Below, piece by piece: positions 60,962-64,000 of a DNA stretch of 64,000 nucleotides. Positions within the stretch are counted from its first letter, which is position 1; each line of letters begins with the position of its first letter. Under the pieces are notes generated by a model. That model was not told where the DNA came from. It did not search any database and was given only the letters and a program-made list of their open reading frames with translations. The stretch comes from a virus. Lineage: Duplodnaviria > Caudoviricetes. The position numbers were made by a program, and so were the translations under genes. The stretch lies in IMG/VR virus record IMGVR_UViG_3300010348_000820, positions 4,820 to 68,819 of that record; one strand, given 5' to 3'.

Positions 60962-62080
60962 GTGGAAAAAGCTTATAAATTTAGATTATACCCAAACAAA
61001 GAACAAGAGATACTAATTCAAAAAACCTTTGGATGTTCTCGTTTTGTGTATAATCATTATCTTGCTAAACGAATTGAAGTATACAAAACAGATAAATCTA
61101 GTATGAGTTATAATCAATGTTCTAATGATTTAACTAACTTAAAATCTGAGAATGTATGGTTAAAAGAAGTAGATAGTATTTCAATTCAGTCTGCTCTAAA
61201 AGATTTAGATACAGCCTATCAAAATTTTTTTAGAAGATTAAAACAAGGTGATAATAAAGCTGGTTTTCCTCATTTCAAATCAAAAAAAGATAATAGAAAA
61301 TCTTACAAAACTAAATATATAAATGGTAATATTCAAGTTTCGGAAAATAAAATTAAATTACCAAAGTTAGGGCTTGTTAAATGCAAAGTATCCAAAACTA
61401 TTGAAGGTAGGATTATAAATGCAACAATATCTCAAAATCCAAGTGGTAAGTATTTTGTTGCTGTATGTTGTACTGATGTTAATATTCCACAATATTCACC
61501 AACTGGAATATTAATTGGGCTGGATTTAGGAATAAAAGAATTTGCAACTACATCTAATGGTACAAACATTGAAAATCATAAATTTCTTAAAAGATCGGAA
61601 AAGAAGCTTGCTAAATTACAAAAACAGCTGTCAAGAAAAACAATTGGTAGCTCAAATCGTAATAAAGCAATGCTTAAAGTAGCAAGACAACACGAAAAAA
61701 CTTCTAATCAGAGAAAAGACTTTCTAAACAAATTATCTACGAAGTTAATTAAAGAAAATGATTTAATTTGTCTTGAAACACTTAAAGTTAAGAATATGAT
61801 TAAAAATCATAAGTTAGCAAAAAGTATTTCTGATGTGTCATGGGGTGAATTTGTAAGACAATTACAGTATAAAGCTGATTGGTATGGCAAAGTTATTCAA
61901 AAAGTTGACACTTATTATGCAAGTAGTCAAATTTGTTCAGTATGTGGCTATAAGAATATTAATACTAAACAATTAGCTATAAGACAATGGGAATGCCCTA
62001 TTTGCCACACTTACCATGATAGAGATATAAATGCCTCTAAAAATATATTAAATGAAGGATTAAGGCTGTTATCAGCCTAA
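60962..62080 (+). CDS. tnpB: TnpB RNA-guided endonuclease (372 aa)
   Basis: Start re-called at GTG 60962 ([10 protein letters not shown]); RuvC-I GLDLG, RuvC-II CLE, zinc finger CSVC/CPIC, RuvC-III DRDINA. Confidence 0.9.
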   Translation: MEKAYKFRLYPNKEQEILIQKTFGCSRFVYNHYLAKRIEVYKTDKSSMSYNQCSNDLTNLKSENVWLKEVDSISIQSALKDLDTAYQNFFRRLKQGDNKAGFPHFKSKKDNRKSYKTKYINGNIQVSENKIKLPKLGLVKCKVSKTIEGRIINATISQNPSGKYFVAVCCTDVNIPQYSPTGILIGLDLGIKEFATTSNGTNIENHKFLKRSEKKLAKLQKQLSRKTIGSSNRNKAMLKVARQHEKTSNQRKDFLNKLSTKLIKENDLICLETLKVKNMIKNHKLAKSISDVSWGEFVRQLQYKADWYGKVIQKVDTYYASSQICSVCGYKNINTKQLAIRQWECPICHTYHDRDINASKNILNEGLRLLSA

Positions 62081-62232
62081 ACAATAAATACGATACCGTA
62101 GGAACTACGGAAATTTAAGCTTGTGGAGAATATGTAAGACTGTATTAGACAGCAACATTCTGTGAAACAAGAATCTCATCACTTTAGTGATGAGAGGTTC
62201 AAAAAAATTATCAATGAAATAGGAAGTTTATA

Positions 62233-62541
62233 ATGAGTGATACATTAAAAATTATATTAGCTTTTTTGTTTATTGTTATCTTTATTTCTTGGTGCTATTC
62301 TGAATATAAAAAAGAACAACGGTGGAATAAGGAAATGTCAAAGAGTATTTATGAATCTTTACATAAACGGATAGAAAACTCAGATGGTGATTTAGTATCA
62401 AATTATAAATATAGAGATATTACTGAAGATGCCGAATCTCTATTAGGAGATTGGGAGAGAGTTGGCGAATCTCTGCGATATGCCATGAGTGAAATGGATA
62501 AAGAACTTGCCGATAAAGATAAGAAAGAAAATGAGGAATAA
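62233..62541 (+). CDS. Membrane-anchored hypothetical protein
   Basis: 102 aa with N-terminal TM helix. Confidence 0.5.
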   Translation: MSDTLKIILAFLFIVIFISWCYSEYKKEQRWNKEMSKSIYESLHKRIENSDGDLVSNYKYRDITEDAESLLGDWERVGESLRYAMSEMDKELADKDKKENEE

Positions 62542-62644
62542 TTATGGAAATTAAAATTATTAATTCTAAAAATAAAATTCTAAAATAAAAGATAAGTTTT
62601 ATGGTAAAATAAAATACATATTTTATAAATAGGAGTAATTTATT

Positions 62645-62872
62645 ATGTGGGTAATAGACCAGAAAAAGAATAGTATTATAAATTTAAACCAATGTGTATA
62701 TATTGGATTTTACGATTATGGGAAAGCAACTATTGAAGTTGGGACACCAACTGCAAATATTATTGTTTTGGGTGAATTTAAAGATAAAACCCATGCAAAC
62801 GAAATATTCGAATTATTACTATCATCTATAGGTCGTGGTGATAATTTATTTGTAATGCCGGAGGAGAAATAA
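62645..62872 (+). CDS. Hypothetical protein
   Basis: 75 aa, RBS AGGAG. Confidence 0.55.
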   Translation: MWVIDQKKNSIINLNQCVYIGFYDYGKATIEVGTPTANIIVLGEFKDKTHANEIFELLLSSIGRGDNLFVMPEEK

Positions 62873-62873
62873 T

Positions 62874-63182
62874 ATGACAGAAACGATTCAAGTGTATAAA
62901 TTAGAGAATTGGTTTATAACGATGATTTTTGGATATACAGATCCAGAAATTAATCATCAGTATCTACGTGGCAATGTTTATGGAAATCCGAAGTTCGCAG
63001 ATGGGGAAAGTATTATAACTCCTCCGATTGCTGGAAGAAAAGGGAAATATATTCAAACATACTCAGGTTCATTGTACGAACTTGGCGTTGTTGATTCAGA
63101 ATATGAAAAACTATTTCCGAACGCATATGAAAGATTGATGAAATCTATGCCTGAGGTGGAGGAAGACGATGTGTGCAATTGA
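62874..63182 (+). CDS. Conserved hypothetical protein
   Basis: 102 aa; LRGNVYGNPKFADGESIIT...IQTYSGSLYELG motif. Confidence 0.6.
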   Translation: MTETIQVYKLENWFITMIFGYTDPEINHQYLRGNVYGNPKFADGESIITPPIAGRKGKYIQTYSGSLYELGVVDSEYEKLFPNAYERLMKSMPEVEEDDVCN

Positions 63183-63354
63183 GACAGAAAACGAATATCA
63201 GTCAAAACGTCTTGAAGCGTACAACCTGATGCGTGCTTTGTGCAATCATGCAAACGCTGGCAAGATCAGCGAAATTGAAAAACAATTATCCGAATTGGAT
63301 GATTTGTTAATTGCATGGGAAGACGAACATTACACGATGTATTATGAGGAATAA
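63169..63354 (+). CDS. Hypothetical protein
   Basis: 61 aa, overlapping neighbours. Confidence 0.45.
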   Translation: MCAIETENEYQSKRLEAYNLMRALCNHANAGKISEIEKQLSELDDLLIAWEDEHYTMYYEE

Positions 63355-63551
63355 TGGACACAAAATTATTAGTATCGAAAGCAAAAAAATATTGCAAAGC
63401 GCATAGGTGCAAAAAATGTATATTTGATTATTTAGGGCAATCATCATGTGCTTTAAATCTAATCGTTTTTGGCGATAAAGACGAATCACTTGATCTGGCT
63501 GATAATTTGATTTCCATTGTTGAAGAATGGAAAGAGGAAGAAGAAGAGTGA
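63354..63551 (+). CDS. Cys-containing small protein (tandem paralogue 1)
   Basis: MDTK..V.K....C...C..C...C ... VEEWKEE. Confidence 0.5.
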   Translation: MDTKLLVSKAKKYCKAHRCKKCIFDYLGQSSCALNLIVFGDKDESLDLADNLISIVEEWKEEEEE

Positions 63552-63742
63552 TGGACGCAAAAGAGTTTGTTGTGAAGTTGGTTAGGATGTGCAACGACAA
63601 TCTTATTTGTAATACTTGCATAGCAAAGGATTTCAAATACTTATGCCCTCAAGAACCATCGTTTTTTGAAGTATACTCCGACAAAGAATTGGGAAAAGTC
63701 GCGGAATATTTTGTTGGTATTGTTGAAAATTGGGAAGAGTAA
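63551..63742 (+). CDS. Cys-containing small protein (tandem paralogue 2)
   Basis: Start re-called at MDAKEFV; same Cys spacing and VENWEE end as upstream gene. Confidence 0.5.
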   Translation: MDAKEFVVKLVRMCNDNLICNTCIAKDFKYLCPQEPSFFEVYSDKELGKVAEYFVGIVENWEE

Positions 63743-64000
63743 GAAGAATGAATAGCACCAAAGAAACGATTGAATTTTACTCACGAGGTATCCGAAAAGG
63801 GAATCGTGTTTGATTGGTCTTTTTACAGCACAAATTAGCATTTCTGTAGCAATAGTTATTTGGTTGCTTAAATATTTTGGAATATTATAAATATTAATAA
63901 AACGGAGGTTTTAATCAATTGTATTTTATAACAACAATAACTAATTTATCGAATTATGGCAACTCAAGGTGTATAGGCTATTTTTCTGATCAAGAATCTG

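Larger units (their letters stand above)
60638..62202 (+). mobile_element. IS200/IS605-family element (non-autonomous: degenerate tnpA, intact tnpB)
   Basis: Left-end hairpin CAAGAACACCCATGA-TTTTAG-TCATGG; right-end CAAGAA-TCTCATCA-CTTTAG-TGATGAGA-GGTTCAA ending at 62202; left boundary approximate. Confidence 0.85.

Noticed and set aside
44276-63841. Minus-strand ORFs in the right arm (e.g. 44276-44725, 54393-54800, 63307-63636)
   Set aside because: Antisense shadows of plus-strand genes or low-complexity hydrophobic translations of poly-A tracts.

Overview
AT-rich (roughly 28% GC by eye) segment of a large tailed dsDNA phage with SPbeta-like gene order; AGAAAGGAGG ribosome-binding sites and TTGACA/TATAAT-type promoters suggest a Firmicute-like host, but the host cannot be named. 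Left arm (1-40.4 kb, minus strand): small membrane peptides, YonO-like single-subunit RNA polymerase, HU, tyrosine recombinase, ClpP-like protein, tRNA-Thr, metallophosphoesterase, DNA methylase, PhoH, terminase, portal, head, neck, tail tube, lysis genes, tape measure, Dit, tail spike and fibre genes. An SF2 helicase and a ~1.9 kb non-coding region with a GC-skew switch and a GATC cluster separate it from the right arm (44.5-64 kb, plus strand): many small early-type genes, a J-domain protein, DUF932 protein, sliding clamp, Dam-like methylase, an NCS2 nucleobase permease and an IS200/IS605 element with intact-looking TnpB. Main observations: (1) two endonuclease-free group I introns that split the catalytic motifs of the RNA polymerase (DYDGD) and the large terminase, with splice junctions reconstructed by hand; (2) a glycosyltransferase inside the head/neck module together with strong enrichment of S-[AG]-S motifs in several structural proteins (possible virion O-glycosylation system; inference); (3) a series of long interrupted intergenic hairpins in the early region resembling RNase III sites; (4) a recurrent intergenic palindrome ATAAAA-N6-TTTTAT; (5) a helicase followed by a free-standing copy of its own C-terminal domain. 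All family assignments are from motif recognition, not database searches.
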